From: Bacteroidales bacterium
Lineage (GTDB): Bacteria > Bacteroidota > Bacteroidia > Bacteroidales > ML635J-15
Length of the DNA stretch: 61,100 nucleotides
NCBI GenBank assembly: GCA_035406965.1
Contig: DAONZU010000001.1
Coordinates: 1-61,100, forward strand
Reading direction: 5' to 3'
This document shows, piece by piece, positions 1 through 9,277 of the stretch; within the stretch, counting starts at the first letter, position 1, and the number at the start of each line of letters is the position of its first letter. The notes under the pieces were generated by a model. That model was not told where the DNA came from. It ran no database searches and saw only the letters and a list, made by a program, of their open reading frames with translations. The position numbers were made by a program, and so were the translations under genes.

Positions 1-740
1 ACAGCAGACGGAACTTTTAACCCTGAAAATGCAGGAGTTGGAAATCACACAATCACTTATACTGCAGGTACTAGCGCATGTGAAGATACTGACCAAATTA
101 TAATAACAGTAAATCCAACACCTGTTGTAAGCATTACTAATCAAGAAGATTTATGTTCAACTGATGCAGAGGTAACTTTATCTGCTACTCCAACAGGTGG
201 AACTTGGTCAGGAACAGGAGTTACAGCAGATGGAACTTTTAACCCTGTAAATGCAGGAGCTGGAGAACATACAATTACATATACAGTTACTCAAAATGGA
301 TGTGATGGAGAAGGAAGCATTATTATAAATGTAATAGAAACTCCTGATGCAACTATTACATCAACTGTTACAAATATATGTTCTGGAGAATCAGCAATTA
401 TACTAGAAGCAACTCCAGCAGGTGGAACTTGGTCGGGAACAGGAGTTACAGCAGACGGAACTTTTAACCCTGAAAATGCAGGAATTGGAAATCACACGAT
501 CACTTATACTGTAGGTCCTAGCGCATGTGAAGGTTCTGACCAAATTATAATAACAGTAATCCCAACGCCTGACATAAATATTACAAACCAAGAGGATTTA
601 TGTTTATCTGATTCTGAAGTAACTTTATCTGCTACTCCAACAGGTGGAACTTGGTCAGGAACAGGAGTTACAGCAGATGGAACTTTCGACCCTGAAATTG
701 CAGGACCTGGAGATCATACAATTACTTATACTATTGAAAG
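1..740 (+). repeat. In-frame tandem duplication, period 447 bp (149 aa, two Ig-like units), inside the adhesin gene
   Basis: nt 1-140 is nearly identical to 448-587 (acagcagacggaacttttaaccctgaaaatgcagga...). nt 181-240 is nearly identical to 628-687 (tctgctactccaacaggtggaacttggtcaggaacaggagttacagcagatgg). Similarity decays after about 290/737. Confidence 0.8.
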
Positions 741-1518
741 TCCATGTTTCAGTACTGCAACAACAGCAATTACGGTATCTAATCCAACACAAATAACTAT
801 TATTAATTATGTATGCTCCGACACTTTACCAATATTTTTCAATGCAAATATTGACGGTGGCACATGGTCGGGCAATGGAATTATAGATGCCAACACAGGT
901 GAATTTGACCCTGAAATTGCAGGAGCCGGAGAACACACAATTACTTATACTGTTGACAACCCATGTGGAAGTACTGTTACAACTGTAATTCAAGTTTATC
1001 AAAGAGCAAATGCAGAGATTTTACCTGTTGATACCTTATTTGTAAGTGATTTGCCAATTTTTGTTAAAACTGTTGAAACAGGAGGCATTTGGAGTGGTAC
1101 AGCAATAGATGAAACTACTGGATTATTTACTCCAAATATAGCAGGAATTGGCGACCATCAAGTATTTTATACTATTAAAGCCCCATGTGGAGATATTGAT
1201 AGTATAATTGTTACAGTTATTCCTGATATAATTCCTGATTTAATTATTCCTAATGTATTAACACCTAACAATGATGGCTACAATGACACATGGAGAATCC
1301 AAGGTATTCAAGCTTTCGAAATAATTGAAATTTATATCTTCAATCGTTGGGGTGATGAAGTTTTTACTTATCAGGGTTCTGGATTTGACTACAACGACCC
1401 CGCAAAACAATGGGATGGAACATTTAAAGGAAAGCTCCTACCTTTTGGAACATATGTGTATATTCTGATTTTAGACAATGAAACTTCATATAAAGGTACT
1501 GTAACAATAATTCGTTAA
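1..1518 (+). CDS. Large cell-surface adhesin, 5'-truncated by the window edge; tandem Ig-like repeats ending in a T9SS type B (gliding motility-associated, CHU_C-type) C-terminal sorting domain
   Basis: Frame 1 is open from nt 1 to the stop at 1516-1518, so the ORF-track entry 1051..1518 is only the tail. Repeating ~75-aa units TGGTWSGTGVTADGTFNP..AG.G.HTITYT. The C-terminus IPNVLTPNNDGYNDTWRI..IFNRWGDEVF..WDGTFKGKLLPFGTYVYIL..GTVTIIR fits the type B sorting domain signature. Confidence 0.85.
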   Translation, partial: TADGTFNPENAGVGNHTITYTAGTSACEDTDQIIITVNPTPVVSITNQEDLCSTDAEVTLSATPTGGTWSGTGVTADGTFNPVNAGAGEHTITYTVTQNGCDGEGSIIINVIETPDATITSTVTNICSGESAIILEATPAGGTWSGTGVTADGTFNPENAGIGNHTITYTVGPSACEGSDQIIITVIPTPDINITNQEDLCLSDSEVTLSATPTGGTWSGTGVTADGTFDPEIAGPGDHTITYTIESPCFSTATTAITVSNPTQITIINYVCSDTLPIFFNANIDGGTWSGNGIIDANTGEFDPEIAGAGEHTITYTVDNPCGSTVTTVIQVYQRANAEILPVDTLFVSDLPIFVKTVETGGIWSGTAIDETTGLFTPNIAGIGDHQVFYTIKAPCGDIDSIIVTVIPDIIPDLIIPNVLTPNNDGYNDTWRIQGIQAFEIIEIYIFNRWGDEVFTYQGSGFDYNDPAKQWDGTFKGKLLPFGTYVYILILDNETSYKGTVTIIR

Positions 1519-1529
1519 AATTTAATATC

Positions 1530-2456
1530 ATGAAAAAAATATATTTAATAATTATAGTTTTAATATTTGCTTCTGCAAGTAAATTGTCAACACAACAATT
1601 GCCACTATATAGCCAATATATGTTTAATCGAATGTTGTTAAATCCTGCAGTAACAGGAAGCACAGATGCTATAGATTTAAGACTAACTGCTAGACAACAA
1701 TGGGTAGGAATTGATAAAGGACCTTCTACTCAATTAATCAGCGGACATTTATCACTAGTAAACGGAACTATGGGAGTTGGTGGAATTATTTTTGCTGATA
1801 GATTTGGACCAGAAACTAAAATAGGTTTGCAAGCGAACTATGCATACATTTTACCAGTATTTAAAGAATCTGCTAAATTAGCATTTGGACTTTCTTTACA
1901 AGTTTTTCAATATCAAATGAATTATGCAAACCTAACATATTTAGATGCCGGTGATCCAGAATTGAATTTTAACAAAGAAAATGCATGGCTACCAGAAAGC
2001 GATTTCGGAATTTATTTATATTCAACAAAATATTTCGCTGGAATTTCAGGAAATCAATTATTAGAATTACCTGTAAAAATTGGTACTAGCTATATAGATA
2101 GAAGTAATACAAGTACACTTTCACGACATTATCATCTATTAGGTGGATATATGTTTAATCTAAATACCAATTTCGCTTTAGAACCATCTGTATTATTGAA
2201 AACAACTTTTAAATCGCCTTTCCAAGCTGATATAAATTTAAGAGGAATTTATAAAAAAGATTACTGGTTAGGATTTTCGTATCGTACTGACGGAGCTATA
2301 GTTTCACTATTAGGAATGTCGTACAAAGATTTTATTTTCGGATTTGCTTTCGATTACGCAACCTCTAAAATTTCAAACTTTCAAGCAGGAACGTTTGAAG
2401 TAATGTTAGGATATAATATACATAGAAGTGAATATTCTGGAAGAAGTATGTTTTAA
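1530..2456 (+). CDS. sprF: PorP/SprF family type IX secretion system membrane protein
   Basis: Signal peptide followed by the family-typical QQLPLYSQYMFNRMLLNPA start; ~300-aa beta-barrel-like protein ending in F. Lies 12 nt downstream of a type B-CTD adhesin, like sprB-sprF in Flavobacterium johnsoniae. Confidence 0.85.
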   Translation: MKKIYLIIIVLIFASASKLSTQQLPLYSQYMFNRMLLNPAVTGSTDAIDLRLTARQQWVGIDKGPSTQLISGHLSLVNGTMGVGGIIFADRFGPETKIGLQANYAYILPVFKESAKLAFGLSLQVFQYQMNYANLTYLDAGDPELNFNKENAWLPESDFGIYLYSTKYFAGISGNQLLELPVKIGTSYIDRSNTSTLSRHYHLLGGYMFNLNTNFALEPSVLLKTTFKSPFQADINLRGIYKKDYWLGFSYRTDGAIVSLLGMSYKDFIFGFAFDYATSKISNFQAGTFEVMLGYNIHRSEYSGRSMF

Positions 2457-2490
2457 ATTTTTAAATAATAAAACTTAACTAAAAATATAA

Positions 2491-2518
2491 AAACGGAGTT
2501 AAAAGCTCCGTTTTTTTT
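2491..2518 (+). terminator. Rho-independent terminator after sprF
   Basis: AAACGGAG-ttaaaag-CTCCGTTT followed by a T8 run. Confidence 0.75.
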
Positions 2519-2531
2519 GCAATTTTGTAAA

Positions 2532-3398
2532 ATGATTAAAAAAATTAAAACATATCTATCTCTAGTAAAATTTTCTCATACAATTTTTGCTATGCCATTT
2601 GCACTAATTGGATTATTTATTGCAATTCAAGAACTTGGGCATTTCCCAAAATGGCATATTTTTGTATTAATCATTTTATGCATGATCCTGGCTCGTAATG
2701 CAGCAATGGCTTTTAATCGCTACACTGACCATAAAATAGATAAAGCTAATCCTCGTACTGCAATGAGAGAAATTCCAACAAATAAAGTTTCGCCAAAAAA
2801 TGCACTAATTTTCACTATAATTAATTCAATACTTTTTATTACTGCTACTTTTTTTATCAATAAAACTGTTTTTTACTTATCGCCTTTGGCTTTATTTATT
2901 GTTTTATCATATAGTTATACAAAAAGATTTACTTTTTTATCACATTTTATTCTTGGATTAGCATTATCAATAGCCCCTGCAGGAGCTTTTCTTGCAATAA
3001 ATTCACACCTAACTACTCAAATTATTATGCTATCAGCTGCTGTGCTCTTCTGGACTGCTGGCTTTGACATTTTATATTCATTACAAGATGAAGAATTTGA
3101 CCGCAAAAATGGTTTATTCTCAATTCCTGCTAAATATGGAAGAAAAAAATCATTAATACTATCAAGTTTAATTCACTTAGTCGCAGCATGTTTTATTATT
3201 TTATTTAGCTTAAGCTTAAATCAAAATTTTTTAACAATTATTGGAACTTGCATATTTTTGATTTTACTTTTTTTTCAACACTTAATTATAAAAAAAGATG
3301 ATATTTCAAAAATAAACATTGCTTTTGCATCTACAAATGGAATTGCATCACTATTATTTGCTATTTTTATTATTGCTTCGCTCTACTACAAAGTTTAA
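2532..3398 (+). CDS. UbiA family polyprenyltransferase (4-hydroxybenzoate polyprenyltransferase-like / menaquinone-pathway prenyltransferase)
   Basis: Polytopic membrane protein with the NRYTDHKIDKANPRT (NxxxDxxxD) and YSLQDEEFDRKNG Asp-rich motifs. The ORF-track start at 2517 is a TTG inside the terminator T-run, so I use the ATG at 2532. Confidence 0.8.
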   Translation: MIKKIKTYLSLVKFSHTIFAMPFALIGLFIAIQELGHFPKWHIFVLIILCMILARNAAMAFNRYTDHKIDKANPRTAMREIPTNKVSPKNALIFTIINSILFITATFFINKTVFYLSPLALFIVLSYSYTKRFTFLSHFILGLALSIAPAGAFLAINSHLTTQIIMLSAAVLFWTAGFDILYSLQDEEFDRKNGLFSIPAKYGRKKSLILSSLIHLVAACFIILFSLSLNQNFLTIIGTCIFLILLFFQHLIIKKDDISKINIAFASTNGIASLLFAIFIIASLYYKV

Positions 3399-3524
3399 AA
3401 AAAAATTAAAACACTTACTTCTTTAAAAACCTCAATAATTTATTTTGGAATTATGCTAATATGGAATATTATTTGCTAACAATATAATTTTAATAATATT
3501 ATTTCGTTTTAATTATTAAAAATG

Positions 3525-3544
3525 GATATTTTAAAATATCTTTG
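3525..3544 (+). promoter_or_regulatory. Perfect 16-bp palindrome GATATTTTAAAATATC overlapping a TAnnTTTG -7 box (TATCTTTG, 3537-3544)
   Basis: Read directly. The -7 box ends 17 nt before the ATG at 3562 and matches the Bacteroidetes sigma-A -7 consensus. Confidence 0.35.
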
Positions 3545-3561
3545 TTGTAAACAGTTTTTTA

Positions 3562-5586
3562 ATGAAAATAAGAAGGCAAATATTGTTATTATCGCTATTG
3601 CTATTATGCAGTTCTTATTTATTTTCACAATCATTTCAAGATTTTTGTAACGAAATAGATGATAAAAAACTTATTAAAAATTTTAATAAATCAATTGAAT
3701 ATATTAATTCAGGAAAACTTGACCAAGCCGAATTACTTTTATCAAAAATTGTGGACGAGGAACCCGAGTTTACAGAAGCCTGGATTGGAGTGGCAGAAAT
3801 TAATTATATTAAATATAAAAAATCAACAGACATTAAATCTCAAAATAAGTTTTACGCAAATTATGCAAGAAGTTTAGAAAAAGTAGCTAATACCTGTCCT
3901 CATTACAACAATTGGTCTGTAAATTTTACTCTTGGCAAAATGTTTTACGAAAAAGAAGATTATGTAAATGCAAAAAAATATCTTAATTTATACACTAAAA
4001 ATACCACAGAAGAAAGCAAAAACATAAAAGACGCAGAACTTATTTTAGATTATATTGATACGTATCTTGAATTAATATCTAATCCAGTACCTTTTAAACC
4101 TGTTATTGTTGAAGGCATTTCAACAGTTAATGATGATTTTTTACCACTAATTTCTCCTGATGGAAGTTTAGCATTTTTTACACATGCTTACATGAAAAAA
4201 GATATTAACAGCATAACTAGCGAAAAATATACAGAAGAATTTTCAGTTGCAAGAGCTTTAGATGAGTCAGGCACAAGGTTTTCGAAAGGAGAGCCTCTTC
4301 CCTACCCTTTTAACACTGGAAAAAACCAAGGAGCTTCTGCTTTAACAATTGATAACTCAACACTTTACGTTACTATTTGCGAATTTGTTTCTAGAACTTA
4401 TGATAACTGCGACATTTATTATTCTGTTAGAAAAGCAAATGGTTGGTCTGAATTAATTAATCTCGGACCTAATATAAACGGGCTAAACACATGGGAATCG
4501 CAACCTTCAATATCTGCTGATGGTAAAACTCTATATTTTTCAAGCATTAGAGAAGGTAATATCGGTTTCGACCCAAATAATCCAACATGTGATATTTGGT
4601 ATTCTACTAAAAATGCTGACGGAACATGGAATAAAGCTAAAAATCTCGGACCAACAATAAATACACCAGGAAACGAAAAATCTCCATTTATTCACTCCGA
4701 TAGTCAAACCTTATATTTTTCTTCAGACGGACACAAAGGCTTGGGCGGATATGATATTTTCTTCTCAAAATATAGAGATAATAAATGGAGTATTCCAATA
4801 AATCTCGGATATCCAATAAATACACAAGCACATGATTTAGGATTTGTAGTAAATACTCAAGGAACAAAAGCTTATTTTGCTAGTAATAAATTCAAAGGAA
4901 AAGGTGGCTGGGATATTTATTCATTTGATTTATATCCAGAAGCTAGACCAGAAAAAGTATTCCTAGTTAAAGGTAAACTTGTTGATGAAGTTGGTGAAAT
5001 TATTACAGAAGCTAAACTAGAAGTGAGAAATACAAGAACCAAAGAAATCTCAGAAGGATTATTGGACTCTGAAACAGGGCATTATGCAGTAGCTGTTACA
5101 AACGAAAAAGAAAAAGAAGACGATTTTGTAATGGTGGTAAAAAAAGAAGACTACAGCTTTACCTCTGCACTCATTGAAGTTGATGAAGAAATTTTCGAAG
5201 CTCCTTTAGTTATTGATTTTGAAATAAAACCAATAGAGAAAGGAAAATCTGTAGAGCTTCGTGATATAAACTATGCAACTGCTTCGTATCAAATAGATAA
5301 AAAGTCACTCCTTGTTCTTGATGAATTTATGATTTTTTTGAACGACAATCCTAATTTAAAAATTGAAATTCGAGGACATACTGATAACATAGGAAGTATG
5401 CAAACAAACATAACTCTATCTAACAATAGAGCCAAAGCCGTTTACGATTATTTAGTAAAGCATGGAGTAAATCCAGATAGATTGCAACATAAAGGTTATG
5501 GACCAAACTTGCCTATTGCTACTAACGAAACCGAAGCAGGAAGAGCAAAAAATCGCAGAACGGAGTTTTATATTTTAGAGAACTAA
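3562..5586 (+). CDS. OmpA family protein with N-terminal TPR region, PD40/TolB-like beta-propeller repeats and C-terminal OmpA peptidoglycan-binding domain
   Basis: Signal peptide. Repeated ..PNINGLNTWESQPSISADGKTLYFSS / GPTINTPGNEKSPFIHSDSQTLYFSS PD40-like units. C-terminus NIGSMQTNITLSNNRAKAVYDYLV..GRAKNRRTEFYIL is an OmpA_C signature. Confidence 0.85.
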   Translation: MKIRRQILLLSLLLLCSSYLFSQSFQDFCNEIDDKKLIKNFNKSIEYINSGKLDQAELLLSKIVDEEPEFTEAWIGVAEINYIKYKKSTDIKSQNKFYANYARSLEKVANTCPHYNNWSVNFTLGKMFYEKEDYVNAKKYLNLYTKNTTEESKNIKDAELILDYIDTYLELISNPVPFKPVIVEGISTVNDDFLPLISPDGSLAFFTHAYMKKDINSITSEKYTEEFSVARALDESGTRFSKGEPLPYPFNTGKNQGASALTIDNSTLYVTICEFVSRTYDNCDIYYSVRKANGWSELINLGPNINGLNTWESQPSISADGKTLYFSSIREGNIGFDPNNPTCDIWYSTKNADGTWNKAKNLGPTINTPGNEKSPFIHSDSQTLYFSSDGHKGLGGYDIFFSKYRDNKWSIPINLGYPINTQAHDLGFVVNTQGTKAYFASNKFKGKGGWDIYSFDLYPEARPEKVFLVKGKLVDEVGEIITEAKLEVRNTRTKEISEGLLDSETGHYAVAVTNEKEKEDDFVMVVKKEDYSFTSALIEVDEEIFEAPLVIDFEIKPIEKGKSVELRDINYATASYQIDKKSLLVLDEFMIFLNDNPNLKIEIRGHTDNIGSMQTNITLSNNRAKAVYDYLVKHGVNPDRLQHKGYGPNLPIATNETEAGRAKNRRTEFYILEN

Positions 5587-5610
5587 TAGTCGAAATAATA
5601 ATAATTTTTT

Positions 5611-5653
5611 GCAAAAAAAGACTGCCCAAAACAAATTGAGCAGTCTCGCTTTT
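5611..5653. terminator. Bidirectional intrinsic terminator between convergent OmpA-family gene and rplS
   Basis: Stem GACTGC (5620-5625) / GCAGTC (5640-5645), with an A7 run on the left and CTTTT on the right. This gives T-runs on both strands. Confidence 0.55.
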
Positions 5654-5678
5654 ATGAGCAATATAAACTAAACTAATC

Positions 5679-6026
5679 TTAAAATCTTCTTTCTTTAATT
5701 CTAGCTTTTTTACCTGTACGTCCACGTAAATAAAATATTCTTGCGCGACGAACTCGTCCATATTTATTAACAGTTATAGCATCAATAAAAGGCGACGCAA
5801 ATGGAAAAATTCTTTCAACACCAAAAGCTCCTGACATTTTACGAACAGTAAAAGTAGCAGTGCGACCTTCACCATTGATCTGTAAAACAACACCTCTAAA
5901 CTCCTGAATACGTTCTTTATTTCCTTCACGAATTTTATAACTTACAGTTATTGTATCTCCAGCTTTGAACTTAGGAAATTCCTTCTCAATAGCCATTTTT
6001 TGATTTACGATATTCATTAATTCCAT
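5679..6026 (-). CDS. rplS: 50S ribosomal protein L19
   Basis: [55 protein letters not shown]...G.VRRA.. is unmistakable L19. Start set at MELMNIV (6026) to give a normal ~115-aa length; the ORF-track start at 6068 is probably too long. Confidence 0.95.
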   Translation of the reverse strand: MELMNIVNQKMAIEKEFPKFKAGDTITVSYKIREGNKERIQEFRGVVLQINGEGRTATFTVRKMSGAFGVERIFPFASPFIDAITVNKYGRVRRARIFYLRGRTGKKARIKERRF

Positions 6027-6320
6027 TACAAAAAACTTTAAATATTCCGTACAATTTTTGGATTGCAATATTAGCCATTTTTTTTGAATTACACTCTTTT
6101 TTTTATAAATATTTTATTTTTTTTATCCAAACATAATTTTAGACAACAAAAGCAAAACACAAACATCTGCAAATCAATAGCTTAACAAACAAACACTCCT
6201 TATTTTAATTTTGAAAAAAATAAAATTCATCAACAAAATATTTGTTTTTCTAAAAAAATACTGCCAAAACATAAAATAAAATTTTAATTTTACAGTTAAA
6301 TAAATAACAAATTTAAAAAT

Positions 6321-7214
6321 ATGTCGCTTAAAAGTATTGTTTTTTTAATTGCAATTTGCTTTATAAGTTTTGGAATAAAAGCCCAAGATTCTGAAAGTTT
6401 TTATATTTATTTTGATATAAATAGTTATAAGATTGAAAACAACTATAAGCATGAGTTTGATAAAATTGATTTTTCTAAAATTGAAAAAGTTGAGATATAT
6501 GCTTATACAGATTTCTTAGGAAGCAAAGAACACAACGATAAACTTTCTCAAAGAAGAGCAAATGCAACTAAAACATTTTTAACAAATTTAGGAATAAAGT
6601 CTGCTAAAATAACCACTTGTCAAGGAAATTCCATACATAAAAATAGTAGTTTTGAAAATCGTACAGATGAAAGCGACAGAGGAATTAAAGAACATAGAAA
6701 ATCTGAAATTATTATTACTTTTATAATTGAAGAACAAACTAAAACATACACTTATCAAGACACTATAAGTTTCGAGAACAAGTTTGACAATAAAAAAGGA
6801 CATACAGACTTGGCAAATATTACGTCAAAAGATTTAGTAAAAGGGAATAAATTTAATATCAAAAACATAAATTTTAAAGGAGGAACGCCATTCTTTTTAC
6901 CTTCAGCCGAAGCGCCTTTAATGGAGCTATTACAACTAATGCGTGAAAATCCAAATTTAAAAATAGAAATTATTGGACACATATGTTGCCAAGATGAATC
7001 TGAAGCAGATGGTTATGATTACTCAAATGATACTTACACTTTAAGCCTAAATAGAGCTGAAGCAGTTTACATTTTTTTAAGAAAGGGTGGAATTGAGGCT
7101 TCGAGAATGACTTATAAAGGTGTTGCAGCAACTCAAAAACTATATCCGCTTGAACGAGATAGTTGGGAACAAGGTCAAAATAGAAGAGTTGAAATTCATG
7201 TTTTAGAAAATTAG
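6321..7214 (+). CDS. OmpA family protein with two OmpA-like domains
   Basis: Signal peptide. First domain ..YAYTDFLGSKEHNDKLSQRRANATKTFL. Second domain ..LKIEIIGHICC..YTLSLNRAEAVYIFL..GQNRRVEIHVL. Confidence 0.75.
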   Translation: MSLKSIVFLIAICFISFGIKAQDSESFYIYFDINSYKIENNYKHEFDKIDFSKIEKVEIYAYTDFLGSKEHNDKLSQRRANATKTFLTNLGIKSAKITTCQGNSIHKNSSFENRTDESDRGIKEHRKSEIIITFIIEEQTKTYTYQDTISFENKFDNKKGHTDLANITSKDLVKGNKFNIKNINFKGGTPFFLPSAEAPLMELLQLMRENPNLKIEIIGHICCQDESEADGYDYSNDTYTLSLNRAEAVYIFLRKGGIEASRMTYKGVAATQKLYPLERDSWEQGQNRRVEIHVLEN

Positions 7215-8314
7215 TTAATTCTAAATCCTAAACCAAATTCAATATAATCGGCGGTTGTTGTATGCGTTTTTAAAACTATATTTGCAAAATATCTTTCAGC
7301 AAAAGTATATCTAATACCTATCTTTGAATAAACCAATATTTTTTTTCCTTCCTTATATTTATTAAAAGCATAGCTTCCCAAGTGCATAATCATACTCAAA
7401 TCATCAGTCAAATAAACTTCTTGCATAGCATGAATTCCAACTCTAAGCAAATTATGAGCACCATTATAATCATCTTCCAATAAAGGTTTTATTGAAGGGT
7501 CGAAAATTAAATTCAACCCAACACCTAAACTTCTTTGATTATTTAAGCGAGAAGCAAAATCACAAATTAAAGAATTAATAAAATACTTTTTGTTTTCATA
7601 AGTAGAATTTTCTTTAACTGAAACGGCATAATATGCAGAAAACTCAAAATCTTTATCATACTGATACGGCACAGTTCGTTTAGGCAAAGAATAATTATAC
7701 CTAGAATACATATATTTGATTCCAAAATTGCCAGTAACTTGATTTAAACCTAAATTTGGTGTTTCAATTGCTCCACTCGAAAAATGATTATATGCAAATC
7801 CTGCTGTTAGATACAATGGTAAATCAGGAAATTTATAATCTACTAAAAGTGAAAAATGCAAATGTGCATTCAAATAAGAACCAAAAGCAACATTATAATA
7901 ATTAGCTCTAGCATCGAACTTTTCGCTAATATAAGACAAGCCACAACCAAAACGATATTTAAAAATAAAATTTTCGGTTTCGACAATAGGCACGCCATAA
8001 AAAGCATACAAAGATTGTGAAAATCCAAATACGTTGATATTACCAAGACTACCCATTAAATATCCAAGCCCTAATTCTGGGAAACGCCATACATGTTGCC
8101 AAGGCTCCGAACCATCAGTTTTTATAGAATAAGTAATTTCACCTATACAAATATTTTTTTCTATTAAATATTTTAAACAAGTATGGTGAGGAATTGATAG
8201 TCCATAATGTGCACGCATCTCAAATTGATGAAAATAAGAATTGTAGCTTTGAGAATAACCAATATTCCAAACAAAACATAAAATAAATATTACTAACAAT
8301 CTTTTCATCAACAT
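7211..8314 (-). CDS. Outer-membrane acyloxyacyl hydrolase / lipid A deacylase (PagL-like) family protein
   Basis: Signal peptide, beta-barrel-like alternating pattern, HFSSG motif (FAYNHFSSGAIETPNLGLN) resembling the PagL H-x-S-N-G catalytic region, terminal F/N-rich strand. Its stop overlaps the convergent OmpA gene stop (7211-7214). Confidence 0.5.
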   Translation of the reverse strand: MLMKRLLVIFILCFVWNIGYSQSYNSYFHQFEMRAHYGLSIPHHTCLKYLIEKNICIGEITYSIKTDGSEPWQHVWRFPELGLGYLMGSLGNINVFGFSQSLYAFYGVPIVETENFIFKYRFGCGLSYISEKFDARANYYNVAFGSYLNAHLHFSLLVDYKFPDLPLYLTAGFAYNHFSSGAIETPNLGLNQVTGNFGIKYMYSRYNYSLPKRTVPYQYDKDFEFSAYYAVSVKENSTYENKKYFINSLICDFASRLNNQRSLGVGLNLIFDPSIKPLLEDDYNGAHNLLRVGIHAMQEVYLTDDLSMIMHLGSYAFNKYKEGKKILVYSKIGIRYTFAERYFANIVLKTHTTTADYIEFGLGFRIN

Positions 8315-8422
8315 AAGAATAATCTACAAAAATAAAAATTAGAATTAATAATCGAAATTGATAAAAATATTTTATTCAACAAGTTAAGTTTAATAAAATC
8401 ATAACTAAAAAGTAAAAAATAA

Positions 8423-8463
8423 CCTTTTAATTAAAAGGAATATGAGAAATTTATTTATTTTTG
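8423..8463 (+). promoter_or_regulatory. Perfect 16-bp palindrome CCTTTTAATTAAAAGG (8423-8438) followed by a -7 box TATTTTTG (8456-8463) upstream of wza
   Basis: Read directly. The -7 box ends 23 nt before the ATG at 8487. No clear -33 TTTG is present. Confidence 0.3.
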
Positions 8464-8486
8464 CAGATTGAACTTAATAAAATTGC

Positions 8487-9275
8487 ATGAAAATAAAGAT
8501 TTTACTTATATCAAACCTAATTTTAACGATATTTATTTGTAATTCTTGCCGTGTCCTTAGACCATCAGATATGTTTAAAACAGATAAAGATTACCCAAAA
8601 TCCGAATTTGAAATTTCAAAAAATGAATATATTATACAAGCTTACGATAAAATAGGTCTAAGAGTTGTTAGTAATACTGGCGAATCTTTTTTTGGTACAG
8701 GTAGCATGGAAAGCGCTAGTGCAAGTGCTAATTACCAAAGAAACCAACATGGATTTGAATTTCTTGTAGAATTTGATGGCAAAGTAAAACTGCCAATTTT
8801 AGGAAGAATTGATATCGCTGGCAAAACAATAAGAGAAGCAGAATTACTTCTTGAACAAGAATATGGCAATTATTTTATTGAACCTTTTGTTTTGGTAAAA
8901 GTTATTAATAGAAAAGTTATGATTTTTATGAATAGTGGAACCAAAGCAAGTGTGGTTGAAATGCCAAATGACAACTTTACTTTAATTGAAGCAATAGCAC
9001 AAGTTGGAGGAGTTACAGATATTAGTCGTTCATATAGAATAAAATTAATTCGTGGAGATTTAACTCAAAATCCCGAAGTTTTTTATTGGAATGTTTCAAA
9101 TATCAAAGAACTTAAAAACTCAAATATTTTGCTAGAAGCTAACGATATTATTTACATTGATAGTAAACCACAATACTTCACAAGGGCATTAAGAGAAGTT
9201 TCACCATATTTAACACTAATTACAACATTAGTTACAATTTATGGAGTATTTTTTAAACTTAAGCAAGCACAATAA
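8487..9275 (+). CDS. wza: Polysaccharide export outer-membrane protein (Wza-like, Poly_export + SLBB)
   Basis: 262 aa with a lipoprotein-like N-terminus (ICNSC). YIIQAYDKIGLRV.. and ..VKLPILGRIDIAGKTIREAE fit the Poly_export pattern. Lies directly upstream of wzc. Confidence 0.75.
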   Translation: MKIKILLISNLILTIFICNSCRVLRPSDMFKTDKDYPKSEFEISKNEYIIQAYDKIGLRVVSNTGESFFGTGSMESASASANYQRNQHGFEFLVEFDGKVKLPILGRIDIAGKTIREAELLLEQEYGNYFIEPFVLVKVINRKVMIFMNSGTKASVVEMPNDNFTLIEAIAQVGGVTDISRSYRIKLIRGDLTQNPEVFYWNVSNIKELKNSNILLEANDIIYIDSKPQYFTRALREVSPYLTLITTLVTIYGVFFKLKQAQ

Positions 9276-9277
9276 AA

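Noticed and set aside
7211-7214. Convergent genes whose stop codons overlap (OmpA-like plus strand, PagL-like minus strand)
   Set aside because: The overlap is real but is a trivial consequence of compact A/T-rich stop codons (TTAG). No regulatory implication can be supported.
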